64,000 bases of DNA from an uncultured Actinomycetes bacterium (GTDB taxonomy: Bacteria; Actinomycetota; Acidimicrobiia; Acidimicrobiales; CADCTF01), in the NCBI GenBank assembly GCA_963750255.1, contig CAVVPZ010000006.1, positions 346,776-410,775 of the forward strand, in the 5' to 3' direction. Within the stretch, counting starts at the first letter, position 1; every line of letters starts with the position of its first letter. This document shows positions 1-8,315 of this stretch, piece after piece. The notes beneath the pieces were generated by a model that worked only from the letters and a program-made list of their open reading frames with translations, did not search any database and had not been told where the DNA came from. Made by a program: the position numbers and the translations under genes.

Positions 1-109
1 GAGACGCGCTCGTATCCGAGTCCTTCGAGCAGAGCCCGCAGATCGGCCATCGCCACCCGTTTGGCCTTGCCCACGTTGATGCCCCGGAGCAGGGCCACAT
101 ACATCGCCA
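1..109 (-). CDS. DUF1697-family protein, N-terminal fragment (gene runs off the window start)
   Basis: Minus-strand reading from ATG at 109 gives MAMYVALLRGINVGKAKRVAMADLRALLEGLGYERV. This is the LLRGINVGG-type N-terminus I associate with DUF1697. It is absent from the ORF track because no stop lies inside the window. Confidence 0.5.
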
Positions 110-130
110 TGCCCGTAGGCTTGCAGAACC

Positions 131-1114
131 ATGAGCTTTCCCGAACGCCGCCTCCGCCGCCTCCGCCGCACGCCGGCGATGCGCCGCCTCGTGGCCGAGA
201 CCCGGCTTTCGGTCGACGACCTCGTGGCCCCGTTGTTCGTTCGCGAAGGCGTCGATCAGCCCGAGCCGATTCTCTCCTTGCCGGGCCAGTTCCAACACAC
301 CCGCGAGTCGCTGCGCAAGGAGGTGCGCGCCCTCGCCGATCTCGGCGTGCCCGCCATCGTCCTCTTCGGTGTGCCCGCCGACAAGGACGCCACCGGCAGC
401 GGCGCATGGGACCATGACGGCATTGTCCAACTCGCCTTGCGCGACCTGCGCGACGAGGTGGGTGACGGTGTGGTGTTGATGGCCGACCTCTGCCTCGACG
501 AGTACACCGACCACGGCCACTGCGGCATCGTGACGGCCTCGGGTGAGGTCGACAACGACGCCACCCTCGAGTTGTATGGCCGAGTAGCGGTCGCCCAGGC
601 CGAGGCCGGTGCCGATGTGGTGGCGCCCAGCGGGATGATGGACGGGCAGGTGGCCGCCATTCGCGACGCGCTCGACGACGCCGGGCACACGACGACGTCG
701 ATCCTCGCTTATGCGGCGAAGTACGCCTCGGCGCTGTACGGACCGTTCCGCGACGCCGTGCAGGTCGAGATCGCCGGCGGAGGCGACCGCAAGGGCTACC
801 AACAAGACCCCCGCAATCGCCGCGAAGCGCTGTCCGAGGTGTTGGCCGACATCGGCGAAGGGGCCGACATGGTGATGGTGAAGCCCGCCCTCGCCTACCT
901 CGACGTGATCGCCGACGTCCGCCACGAGGTCGACGTGCCTGTGGCCGCCTACCACGTGAGCGGCGAATATTCGATGATCAAGGCTGCGGCCGAGCGGGGC
1001 TGGATCGACGGTCCCGCAGTAGCGCTCGAACATCTCACCGCCATCAAGCGGGCTGGTGCCGACGTCATTCTCACCTACCTCGCTCGCGAGATGGCCGAGG
1101 TCCTCGGTGGCTGA
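131..1114 (+). CDS. hemB: porphobilinogen synthase (delta-aminolevulinate dehydratase)
   Basis: 327-aa ORF with RRLRRTPAMRRLVAETRLSVDDLVAPLFV at the N-terminus, active-site region MVKPALAYLDV, and YHVSGEYSMIKAAA. This is a full-length ALAD architecture. Confidence 0.95.
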   Translation: MSFPERRLRRLRRTPAMRRLVAETRLSVDDLVAPLFVREGVDQPEPILSLPGQFQHTRESLRKEVRALADLGVPAIVLFGVPADKDATGSGAWDHDGIVQLALRDLRDEVGDGVVLMADLCLDEYTDHGHCGIVTASGEVDNDATLELYGRVAVAQAEAGADVVAPSGMMDGQVAAIRDALDDAGHTTTSILAYAAKYASALYGPFRDAVQVEIAGGGDRKGYQQDPRNRREALSEVLADIGEGADMVMVKPALAYLDVIADVRHEVDVPVAAYHVSGEYSMIKAAAERGWIDGPAVALEHLTAIKRAGADVILTYLAREMAEVLGG

Positions 1115-1115
1115 G

Positions 1116-2369
1116 GTGACCAACGACGAGTTGTTCAAACGGGCCGGCGAAGCGATCCCCGGCGGCGTCAACTCACCCGTGCGCGCCTTCCGCTCGGTCG
1201 GAGGCACGCCCTACTTCGTGGCCCGGGGCGCGGGTGCCTACGTGTGGGACGTGGAGGGCCGGCGCTACCTCGACTACGTGCAGTCCTACGGAGCGTCGAT
1301 TCTCGGCCACGCCCACCCCGCGGTCGTCGACGCCATCCGGTCGGCGGCACTCGACGGCACCACGTTCGGCGCGCCGACCGAGCGCGAGGTGCTGTTGGCC
1401 GAGGCCATCAGTGCACGCATCGGGCCGGGCTGCGATCTGGTCCGGCTGGTGTCGAGTGGCACCGAGGCGACGATGAGCGCGGTTCGCCTCGCCCGGGGGT
1501 TCACCGGGCGCGACCGCATCGTGATGTTCGAGGGCTGCTACCACGGCCACAGCGACGGACTGCTGGCCGCCGGCGGAAGCGGCATGGCCACTCTCGGCCT
1601 TCCCGCCAGCGCAGGCGTGGCCAAAGGCGCCGTTGCCGACACCATCGTCGTTCCCTACAACGTGGTGCCCGCCATCGGCGACGACGTGGCCTGTGTGATC
1701 GTCGAACCGATCGCCGCCAACATGGGCCTCGTCGCACCCGCACCCGGGTTCCTTGAAGGGCTCCGGGCCGCGTGCGACGCCGCCGGCGCGTTGTTGATCT
1801 TCGACGAGGTCATCACCGGCTTCCGCCTCGCTCGGGGCGGCGCAGCCGAGTTCACCGGTGTTCGCCCCGACCTGTGGACCTTCGGCAAGGTCATCGGCGG
1901 CGGATTGCCGTTGGCCGCCTTTGCCGGTCGAAGCGACGTGATGGAGCAACTGGCGCCCCTCGGGCCTGTGTATCAAGCGGGCACGTTGTCGGGAAACCCG
2001 TTGGCCACCGCGGCTGGCCTCGCCGTGCTCGACCACCTCGACGATGCCGCCTACAAGATGCTGGCGGGCCGGGCGGCTGAGCTCGGCCCCATGCTGGCCG
2101 CGGTTCTCGGCGAGGTCACACCGGTCCAGGTCCCTGTGGTCGGCCCCTTGGTCGGACTCTTTTTTTCGTCGGATCCCGTCGTCGATTACGGCGGGGCGAA
2201 GTCGTCGGCCGACACCGGCTGGTACGCCCGCTTCTTCCGTTCGATGCTCGAGCGCAGCGTGGCCTTTGCCCCCGGGGCGTACGAGGTCATGTTCCCGTCG
2301 TTGGCCCACACCTGGGACGACATCGAGCGGACTGTCGACCTCGCCCGCGCCGCCATCGCCGTCGCCTGA
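1116..2369 (+). CDS. hemL: glutamate-1-semialdehyde 2,1-aminomutase
   Basis: GTG at 1116, 2 nt after the hemB stop, in frame with track ORF 1056..2369. Motifs: IPGGVNSPVRAFRSVGG, FDEVITGFR, FGKVIGGGLP (PLP lysine region). Confidence 0.95.
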   Translation: MTNDELFKRAGEAIPGGVNSPVRAFRSVGGTPYFVARGAGAYVWDVEGRRYLDYVQSYGASILGHAHPAVVDAIRSAALDGTTFGAPTEREVLLAEAISARIGPGCDLVRLVSSGTEATMSAVRLARGFTGRDRIVMFEGCYHGHSDGLLAAGGSGMATLGLPASAGVAKGAVADTIVVPYNVVPAIGDDVACVIVEPIAANMGLVAPAPGFLEGLRAACDAAGALLIFDEVITGFRLARGGAAEFTGVRPDLWTFGKVIGGGLPLAAFAGRSDVMEQLAPLGPVYQAGTLSGNPLATAAGLAVLDHLDDAAYKMLAGRAAELGPMLAAVLGEVTPVQVPVVGPLVGLFFSSDPVVDYGGAKSSADTGWYARFFRSMLERSVAFAPGAYEVMFPSLAHTWDDIERTVDLARAAIAVA

Positions 2370-2395
2370 GGCCCCGCGTCGGGCAGGATGCGCAC

Positions 2396-2947
2396 ATGAG
2401 CGGGTACCGCAAGATCGGATTTTTGGCCGACACGCACTCCAACAAGCCCGACGGCAGTGACCTGCCCGATGCGGTGCTGGCAGCGTTCAAAGGTGTCGAC
2501 CTGATCGTCCACCTCGGCGATGTGGGTCGCAAGGGGATCCTCGATCGACTCGGCGAGGTCGCACCCGTATGGGTGCCCTTTGGCGACGACAAGGGTTACG
2601 TGCCGCACCTGTCGCGCGACGACGATCCGATCAAGGTCATCGAAGGAGCCAAGGGGACGCAGGTCGGCCTCGTGTTCAACCTCACCAAGCCCGACAAGAA
2701 GATCGGCGTCGACGGCACCTCGATCACCTACGACGACGGAGCGTTGCCGGCGCTGCTCCAGCGGCGCTTCAAACAGCCCGTCGACGTCGTCGCCTTCGGC
2801 GGCACGCACGTCGCCCACGCCGAAGATCGAGACGGCGTGTTGTTCGTCAACCCCGGCAGCCCCACCCTGCCCTCCGACGAAGCCGCCTCGGTCGCCGTCG
2901 TCGACCTGACGAGCGCCAAGCCCAAGGCCAAGCTCATCCGCCTCTGA
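2396..2947 (+). CDS. metallophosphoesterase (YfcE/MJ0936-like)
   Basis: 183 aa with IGFLADTHSN, LIVHLGDVG, FGGTHV and FVNPGS metal-ligand motifs. Confidence 0.8.
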   Translation: MSGYRKIGFLADTHSNKPDGSDLPDAVLAAFKGVDLIVHLGDVGRKGILDRLGEVAPVWVPFGDDKGYVPHLSRDDDPIKVIEGAKGTQVGLVFNLTKPDKKIGVDGTSITYDDGALPALLQRRFKQPVDVVAFGGTHVAHAEDRDGVLFVNPGSPTLPSDEAASVAVVDLTSAKPKAKLIRL

Positions 2948-2973
2948 CGCCCACCGCCGCCGTCCCCATCCGA

Positions 2974-3087
2974 CCCCACACCCGTTGGTGTGGCCGTTCC
3001 GGTCGTTCCAACCCGTTGGTGTGGCCATTGCGGCCGCCGTTTCGGCCACGACAACGGGATGGAGCAGCCGTTTCGGCCACACCAACG
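2974..3087. repeat. nested-palindrome intergenic repeat, copy A
   Basis: 13-mer CGTTGGTGTGGCC at 2983-2995 and 3014-3026. Its reverse complement lies at 3044-3056 (2 mismatches) and 3075-3087 (perfect). About 90% identical over about 112 nt to 6060-6172. Confidence 0.85.
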
Positions 3088-3105
3088 CAGCGCATGGACA
3101 GGTGC

Positions 3106-3123
3106 TATCGTGATATCACGATA
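3106..3123. promoter_or_regulatory. perfect 18-bp palindrome TATCGTGATATCACGATA, probable operator of the RHH gene
   Basis: AT-rich perfect inverted repeat 40 nt upstream of the GTG start at 3163. An RBS-like GGAGGGAG lies at 3147-3154. Confidence 0.55.
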
Positions 3124-3162
3124 ACTGGCTGAGGCGAAGCCCGGCCGGAGGGAGATGCAAAC

Positions 3163-3390
3163 GTGGCCAAGACCAAGAACGTGCTCTTGCGACTCGATCC
3201 GGATCTGGCGGCCCAACTGCAGGCGATCGCCGACGTGGAGGAGCGCCCGATGTCCGAGGTGGTGCGCGAAGCCATCAGGTCGCTCGTCGAAGCCCGCCGT
3301 CGCGACGAGGACTTCCAACGCCGTCTTCGCGACAGCGCTCGCCAACACGGGCGAACGATTCGGGCCCTCAAGGCAGCCGAAGATGGCTGA
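3163..3390 (+). CDS. ribbon-helix-helix (CopG/Arc-like) DNA-binding protein, antitoxin-like
   Basis: 75 aa. KNVLLRLDPDLAAQLQAIADVEERPMSEVVREAIRSLV is a classic RHH beta-strand plus two-helix pattern. Confidence 0.75.
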   Translation: MAKTKNVLLRLDPDLAAQLQAIADVEERPMSEVVREAIRSLVEARRRDEDFQRRLRDSARQHGRTIRALKAAEDG

Positions 3391-4057
3391 ACGGGCTCAT
3401 ATCGACGAAGCGACTCTGTTGTGGGCGGCAGCCGTCGTCGGTCGGGTCGATCCGGTCGCGGCCGCGAACGGGGTCGATGTCGACGCCCTTGTTCGGGTGG
3501 TGACGGCGGCCGACGACGCGCCGGACCCGCTCAGCACGGCAGCGGGAGTTCTGTTTAACCTGATCACCTCACGCCCGTTCCCGTCATCCAACGCGGCCAT
3601 CGGCTGGCTGGCAGCGACCGAGTTGCTGGCCAGGGTCGGCTGCCGTGTGGTCGTGTCGAGCGAGACTGTCGTGAGCTTGTGCGATGCGGTTCGCGACGGC
3701 TGCCGAACCGAGGACCAGGTGGCCGCATCGTTGCGATCGTGGATGGTGGTCGCCGGGACGGCGTGCCCGGTCTGCGGGCGGAGGGTTTACGCCAACGCCT
3801 CCGGTGCCCGGCGGACGAGTATGCCGGGCTCAGCGAGATTCGAGCTCACGGCTCGATGCGCCTTCGAACATCGAGTGCACGACAAGCTCGGCCGCGCGAT
3901 CGCCCGCCCTTTCGAACCATCGCCCGAGTCCCGTCAGCCCGTCTTGGCTCGGGGGGCCTGTGGCTCGCTCCTCATCGCCGGCCCGGACGGCGCGGGCGTG
4001 GGTGGTCAGCCCGTGTTCGTTCGACCCGACGACGCTCCGCGTCGCCGAGGTGATTGA
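3383..4057 (+). CDS. Fic/Doc-like protein with degenerate active-site motif (toxin-like partner of the RHH protein)
   Basis: ATG at 3383 overlaps the RHH stop (ATGGCTGA). FNLITSRPFPSSNAAIGWLAATELL aligns with the Doc motif HPFxDGNKRtA, but H, D, G, K and R are replaced. The C-terminal part carries CPVCG...C..H. Confidence 0.4.
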   Translation: MAERAHIDEATLLWAAAVVGRVDPVAAANGVDVDALVRVVTAADDAPDPLSTAAGVLFNLITSRPFPSSNAAIGWLAATELLARVGCRVVVSSETVVSLCDAVRDGCRTEDQVAASLRSWMVVAGTACPVCGRRVYANASGARRTSMPGSARFELTARCAFEHRVHDKLGRAIARPFEPSPESRQPVLARGACGSLLIAGPDGAGVGGQPVFVRPDDAPRRRGD

Positions 4058-4260
4058 CGTGCGGCCCGGTGATCTCGTCGGTCGCTGGGATCGATTGCTC
4101 GAACGGTCGACGACGGCCGGTTACCTCGCCCGTGGGGCGTTTGTCGTCGGCGACGACGGCCGTGTCGACGTTCTTGCGCTCGAGAGCCACGTTCGTGCCG
4201 CCAGCCGAGACATCGAGGCGATGCGGCACCCCCATCTCGTCGGCGCGTCGGCGGGCGGTC

Positions 4261-5194
4261 ATGGCTGAGACGGTCCTGCGGGTGCGCGGCGTGTCGCACT
4301 CGTTCGGGGAGGTGCGGGCGCTCCGGGGAGTGAACCTCGAGGTCCGAGCGGGGGAAGTGGTGGCATTGCTCGGACCGAACGGCGCAGGCAAGACCACGTT
4401 GGTTCGAATCGTGTCGACGCTCATCCACGCCGACGAAGGCCAAGTCTCCGTCGCCGGGACCGACGTCGCCTCCGAACCGTCCATTGCCCGGAGCCACCTC
4501 GGCTTGGCCGGGCAGTTCGCCTCGATGGACGAGGTGTTGACCGGTCGCGAAAACCTTCGGCTGATCGGCCGTCTCTATGGCATCGCGGCTGTCGAATGCC
4601 ACCGCCGGGTCGACGCGTTGCTCGCGTCACTCGACCTCGCCAGCGCCGCTGATCGCCGCGTCGCCACCTACTCGGGTGGCATGCGCCGCCGTCTCGACCT
4701 CGGCGCAACGCTGATCGCGGAACCGTCCCTGTTGCTCCTCGACGAACCGACGACCGGCCTCGACCCGGCCGCTCGACTCGAGATCTGGGATGTGATCGAG
4801 GAACTGGCCGCACGAGGTGCAGCGATTCTGCTCACGAGCCAGAACCTCGAGGAGGTGGAACGTCTCGCTGACCGGGTTGTCGTACTCGACGGCGAGGTCG
4901 TGGCCGAGGGGCACCCGCAAGAACTGCAGCGCCGCTTCGGAGGACAGGTGGTCGAGGTTGGGGTGGATGGCGACGATGCCCTCGACGCGGCGGCACGGGT
5001 TCTTTCCGCCTCGGGGCTCTCGGTGCGAGTCGAGCCCGCTCGTCGGCGCGTCACCGCCCCGACCGGAGGCTCTCTGGCGGCGGCTGTGGACGCGGCGAGC
5101 GAGTTGATCGCCGCTGACGTTGCGCCGAGCTTGTTCGCGCTAAAGGAGCCCCAGTCTGGAGGAAGCGTTTCTGACGATCACTGGCAAGACCACG
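4261..5194 (+). pseudogene. ABC transporter ATP-binding protein (DrrA/ABC-2 type); frame broken near its 3' end
   Basis: Walker A GPNGAGKTT, signature YSGGMRRRL, Walker B LLLLDEPTTGLD. The expected C-terminus PSLEEAFLTITGK is in the +1 frame after the C4 run at 5149-5152. The as-given frame has no stop until 6600. Confidence 0.85.
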
Positions 5195-6052
5195 GTGCAA
5201 TCGAAGGACGACGCCGGTCGGACTCGACAAGAGGCGCTGCATGCCTTGAGCGGCTGGGGGCTCGCCGACGCAGAGCGACCGGTCCTCCGCCGGTCGTTTT
5301 CGCGGGACGTCGCCGTCATGGTCGGTCGGGACGTGCGACGACTGCGGCGCTCGCCGCAGACGTTGTTCTTCGCGTCGGTTCAACCGGTGTTGTTCGTACT
5401 CGGTCTGACCGCCGTGTTCGGCACGCTGGTCGAGTCCGTTCTCGGCCAGCGCTACATCCAATTCCTCCTCCCGGGGGCGTTGGTCATGCAGGTCGCACTG
5501 GCGGCCGGAACCACCGGGGTCGGTTTGGCCTCAGATCTACAGGACGGGATCATCGACCGATTCCGGAGCCTGCCGATGTCGCCGCTCGCGGTGCTGATTG
5601 GGCGGACCACCACCGACTTGATCCGCAACGTGGCTGCGATTGCCGTGATGGTTGCCGCCGGTTTCGTACTCGGGTTCGAGCCCGGCGGCGGGTATCTCAG
5701 AAGTGCGATGGCGGTCGCGCTCGCTCTGACTTTCGGATATGCCGCCATCTGGGTGTTTGCCGCCGTCGGCCTGGCCGTCAAGGATCCGCAAGCCGCCACA
5801 TTTCTCGGCTTCGCCCCGGTCCTGCTCTTCGTCTATCTGTCGAGCGCGTGGGTTCCGATCGACACGATGAGTGCGGCGGTGCGCGGTTTCGCTCGCCACC
5901 AGCCCCTCAACGTCACCATCGAGGCGGTGCGGGGACTGGCCAACGGGACAAGCGCCACGGGTTCGATCCTTCAATCCCTGGCGTGGTCGGGCGCACTCAT
6001 CGTCGCCTTCGCATGGATCTCGTCGCGCCAGTTCCGACGGGCCACGTCCTAG
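5195..6052 (+). CDS. ABC-2 type transporter permease
   Basis: 285 aa, six predicted hydrophobic spans, RRLRRSPQTLFFASVQPVLFVLG N-terminal pattern typical of ABC-2 permeases. The start is uncertain because the frame stays open back to 5144. Confidence 0.8.
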   Translation: MQSKDDAGRTRQEALHALSGWGLADAERPVLRRSFSRDVAVMVGRDVRRLRRSPQTLFFASVQPVLFVLGLTAVFGTLVESVLGQRYIQFLLPGALVMQVALAAGTTGVGLASDLQDGIIDRFRSLPMSPLAVLIGRTTTDLIRNVAAIAVMVAAGFVLGFEPGGGYLRSAMAVALALTFGYAAIWVFAAVGLAVKDPQAATFLGFAPVLLFVYLSSAWVPIDTMSAAVRGFARHQPLNVTIEAVRGLANGTSATGSILQSLAWSGALIVAFAWISSRQFRRATS

Positions 6053-6059
6053 GTCCGTC

Positions 6060-6172
6060 CCCCACCACGTTGGTGTGGCCGTTCGGGTCGCTCCAACCCG
6101 TTGGTGTGGCCCTGGCGGCCGCCGTTTCGGCCACGACAACGAGATTGAGCAGCCTCTTCGGCCACGGCAACG
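6060..6172. repeat. nested-palindrome intergenic repeat, copy B
   Basis: CGTTGGTGTGGCC at 6068-6080 and 6099-6111. Inverted copies lie at 6129-6141 and 6160-6172. It sits between convergent genes. Confidence 0.85.
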
Positions 6173-6180
6173 GGGGAGGG

Positions 6181-7431
6181 CTATTCGGGGGTGACGCGGG
6201 CGATGAGGGCGACGGCCTTGTAGGCGGCCTCGGCCGGACCGAGTTCGTCGGGGCGCAACAGGTTGGCCATGATCCGCAGCACCCACTCCATGAGGGTGCG
6301 CGAGTGCATGCCAGTCGAGACGAGGGCACGCATGAGTTCGGGGCGACCGATGATTTTCACGAACGCCCGGGCCACCTTGTAATAGAGCCCGTAGGTGGCT
6401 TGGAGTTCGCGCTCGTAGCGCTGGAGGGCGAGGCCGTCGCCCGACAACAAAGCGTCGCTGAGCACCGACGCCGCAAGGCGTCCCGTCTCGTAGGCGTAGG
6501 CGATGCCTTCGCCATTGAACGGGTTGATGGCACCACCGGCGTCGCCGGTGACGAGGTAGGTCGGGCCGGCGTGGGGACCGACGGAGAACGCCATCGGTAG
6601 CCGGCCGCCGGTGGCCGGGCCGCACGACGTCTCGGGTGAGATCTCCCAGGACTTGGGGGCGTAGTCGACGAAGGCGTCCATCAGGTGGGAGGTGTTGACG
6701 GCCTTCCACTGGTTGAACGTCGAGAGCAGGCCGATGCCGACGTTGACCCGTCCGTCGCCCACGGGAAAGATCCATCCGTAGCCGGGCAGGACGTTGCCCG
6801 CCTTGTCGCGGATGTCGAGGTGGGACTCGATCCACGGCTCGTCGTGGCGAGGCGAGGTGTAGTACCCGCGAATGGCCATGCCCAGCGGGTAGTTGCGGTT
6901 GCGCGACGTGCCCAAGGCGCGGCCGAAGCGCGAGTTGGCGCCGTCGGCCACGACGACGAATCGAGCGCGGACTGCATCGATCCGGCCGCCCTCTGCCTTG
7001 CGCTTGATCGTCGCCCCCCGCACGAGGCCACCCTCGACCAAGGGAGCGATCGCCTCGGACTCCTGCCACAGGGTCGCGCCGGCCTTGACGGCTCGGTCGG
7101 CCACCATCTCGTCCAGATCGTGACGGGTTATCACGTAGCCGTAGTCAGGGAAGTCGGGGTGCGACGGCCACTCGAGTTCGAGCGTGCGGCCGAAGGCCAT
7201 CGACCGCAGGCCTGTGAAGCGATGCGCGTCGGCGGCCAGTCGGTCGCCGAGACCCATGTCTTCGAGTTGCTTGACCGAACGGGGCGTGAGGCCATCGCCG
7301 CAGGTCTTCTCGCGGGGGTAGCGCTTCTTCTCGACGAGCAACACGTCGTAGCCGGCCTCGGCCAGCCAATAGGCGCACGAAGCGCCGGAGGGCCCCCCGC
7401 CCACCACGAGGACGTCGGGGCGATCGCTCAT
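6181..7431 (-). CDS. geranylgeranyl reductase family FAD-dependent oxidoreductase (MenJ-like)
   Basis: 416 aa. DVLVVGGGPSGASCAYWLAEAGYDVLLVEKK dinucleotide fold, KTCGDGLTP, GDAGGAINPFNGEGI. Confidence 0.85.
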   Translation of the reverse strand: MSDRPDVLVVGGGPSGASCAYWLAEAGYDVLLVEKKRYPREKTCGDGLTPRSVKQLEDMGLGDRLAADAHRFTGLRSMAFGRTLELEWPSHPDFPDYGYVITRHDLDEMVADRAVKAGATLWQESEAIAPLVEGGLVRGATIKRKAEGGRIDAVRARFVVVADGANSRFGRALGTSRNRNYPLGMAIRGYYTSPRHDEPWIESHLDIRDKAGNVLPGYGWIFPVGDGRVNVGIGLLSTFNQWKAVNTSHLMDAFVDYAPKSWEISPETSCGPATGGRLPMAFSVGPHAGPTYLVTGDAGGAINPFNGEGIAYAYETGRLAASVLSDALLSGDGLALQRYERELQATYGLYYKVARAFVKIIGRPELMRALVSTGMHSRTLMEWVLRIMANLLRPDELGPAEAAYKAVALIARVTPE

Positions 7432-7445
7432 GACTCCAGTATCAG

Positions 7446-8129
7446 TCAGCTACCGGCAGATGCGGAATCGGCTCCCGCCTCAGGGGTCGCCGCCGGATCG
7501 CACTCAGGCGGGAGCGGGTCGGCCTTGCCGTAGTCGACTCGCTCGTGGCAGACGACGGCGATGACCTCGGCATCGGTGAGATCGGGGAAGGCGGGCATGC
7601 CGCCGGTGGCGATCTTGCCTGTGGCCCCGTAGGGCTGACCCTTGACCCCGGCCGAACCGCTGCGGACCCAGGCCACGTGGTCCTTGAAGTCGGGGAACGT
7701 CTTCAACACGCCGCCGAGGGCGGGACCGACGCCGCCGCCACCCGTCGGACCGTGGCAGCCCGAACAGCCCTGGGCCCGGTACACCGTCTGGCCGACCTGG
7801 ACGGGTCCCTCGACGGTCGAGGGTCGCTCGCCGAAGGCGCCGCCGTAGAGGACGGCCCACAACGGCAGCGCCACCAGCACCGGCATGGCCCACGCCGGGA
7901 CGCGCTGCTTGCGGGGAGGTGACGGCGGCGGCCCTGTGTACGGCGGCGGCACCGGTTCGCGCGGCGGCTGAGCTCCGCCGCCGCCGGCGGCAGCCGGGGT
8001 GGCCGCGGCGGCCGATTCGACCGCGCTCGACGTGGCGGCGCCCGCGGGTGCCTCGGCCGCCTCGCCGGTCATGGCGGAGCGGCGCTCTTTGGCACGGCGG
8101 AGGAGATGTTCAGGTACCTCGGTCAACAC
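7446..8129 (-). CDS. membrane-anchored monohaem c-type cytochrome
   Basis: Single CSGCH haem site, GGMPAF Met-ligand region, one TM (VPAWAMPVLVALPLWAVLYGG) after a Pro/Ala-rich linker. I chose GTG 8129 (or TTG 8126) rather than the track start 8258, by analogy with the MTEIPEHLL start of the 10099 gene. Confidence 0.8.
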   Translation of the reverse strand: MLTEVPEHLLRRAKERRSAMTGEAAEAPAGAATSSAVESAAAATPAAAGGGGAQPPREPVPPPYTGPPPSPPRKQRVPAWAMPVLVALPLWAVLYGGAFGERPSTVEGPVQVGQTVYRAQGCSGCHGPTGGGGVGPALGGVLKTFPDFKDHVAWVRSGSAGVKGQPYGATGKIATGGMPAFPDLTDAEVIAVVCHERVDYGKADPLPPECDPAATPEAGADSASAGS

Positions 8130-8297
8130 ATGCTCCCGACAAACGGGCAGTAGGGACGGGCGAATCGTAGGCGCGGGTCCTCCTGCATCACCAAGACGGT
8201 GAGCCAGGCGTGCGGAATGGGAGTCGTGCGAGGCGCCGTGGTAGAACCGCGGACACACCCCGGGGCGTTCGACCGAAGTACGCCTCGCCCCGGTAGA

Positions 8298-8315
8298 ATG
8301 TGATTCCGTTCACGA
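8298..8315. promoter_or_regulatory. TGTGA-N6-TCAC inverted repeat (Rex/CRP-type operator candidate) overlapping a TAGAAT -10-like hexamer
   Basis: ATGTGATTCCGTTCACGA at 8298-8315 matches 11 of 14 specified positions of TTGTGAA-N4-TTCACAA. TAGAAT lies at 8294-8299. Location is the divergent intergenic region between the cytochrome c gene and the respiratory array. Confidence 0.4.

Noticed and set aside
5141-5197. Programmed +1/-1 ribosomal frameshift joining the ABC ATPase C-terminus
   Set aside because: No slippery heptamer or downstream structure is present. About 50 similar breaks occur elsewhere in the window, including in housekeeping genes, so a technical indel is the simpler explanation.
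4054-6600. 848-aa ORF in the track, apparently one giant protein
   Set aside because: Only residues from ATG 4261 to about 5150 look like a real protein (the ABC ATPase). The rest is Arg/Pro/Gly-rich out-of-frame read-through across the permease gene and the antisense of the reductase gene. It exists only because the frame break at 5149-5152 removes the normal end.
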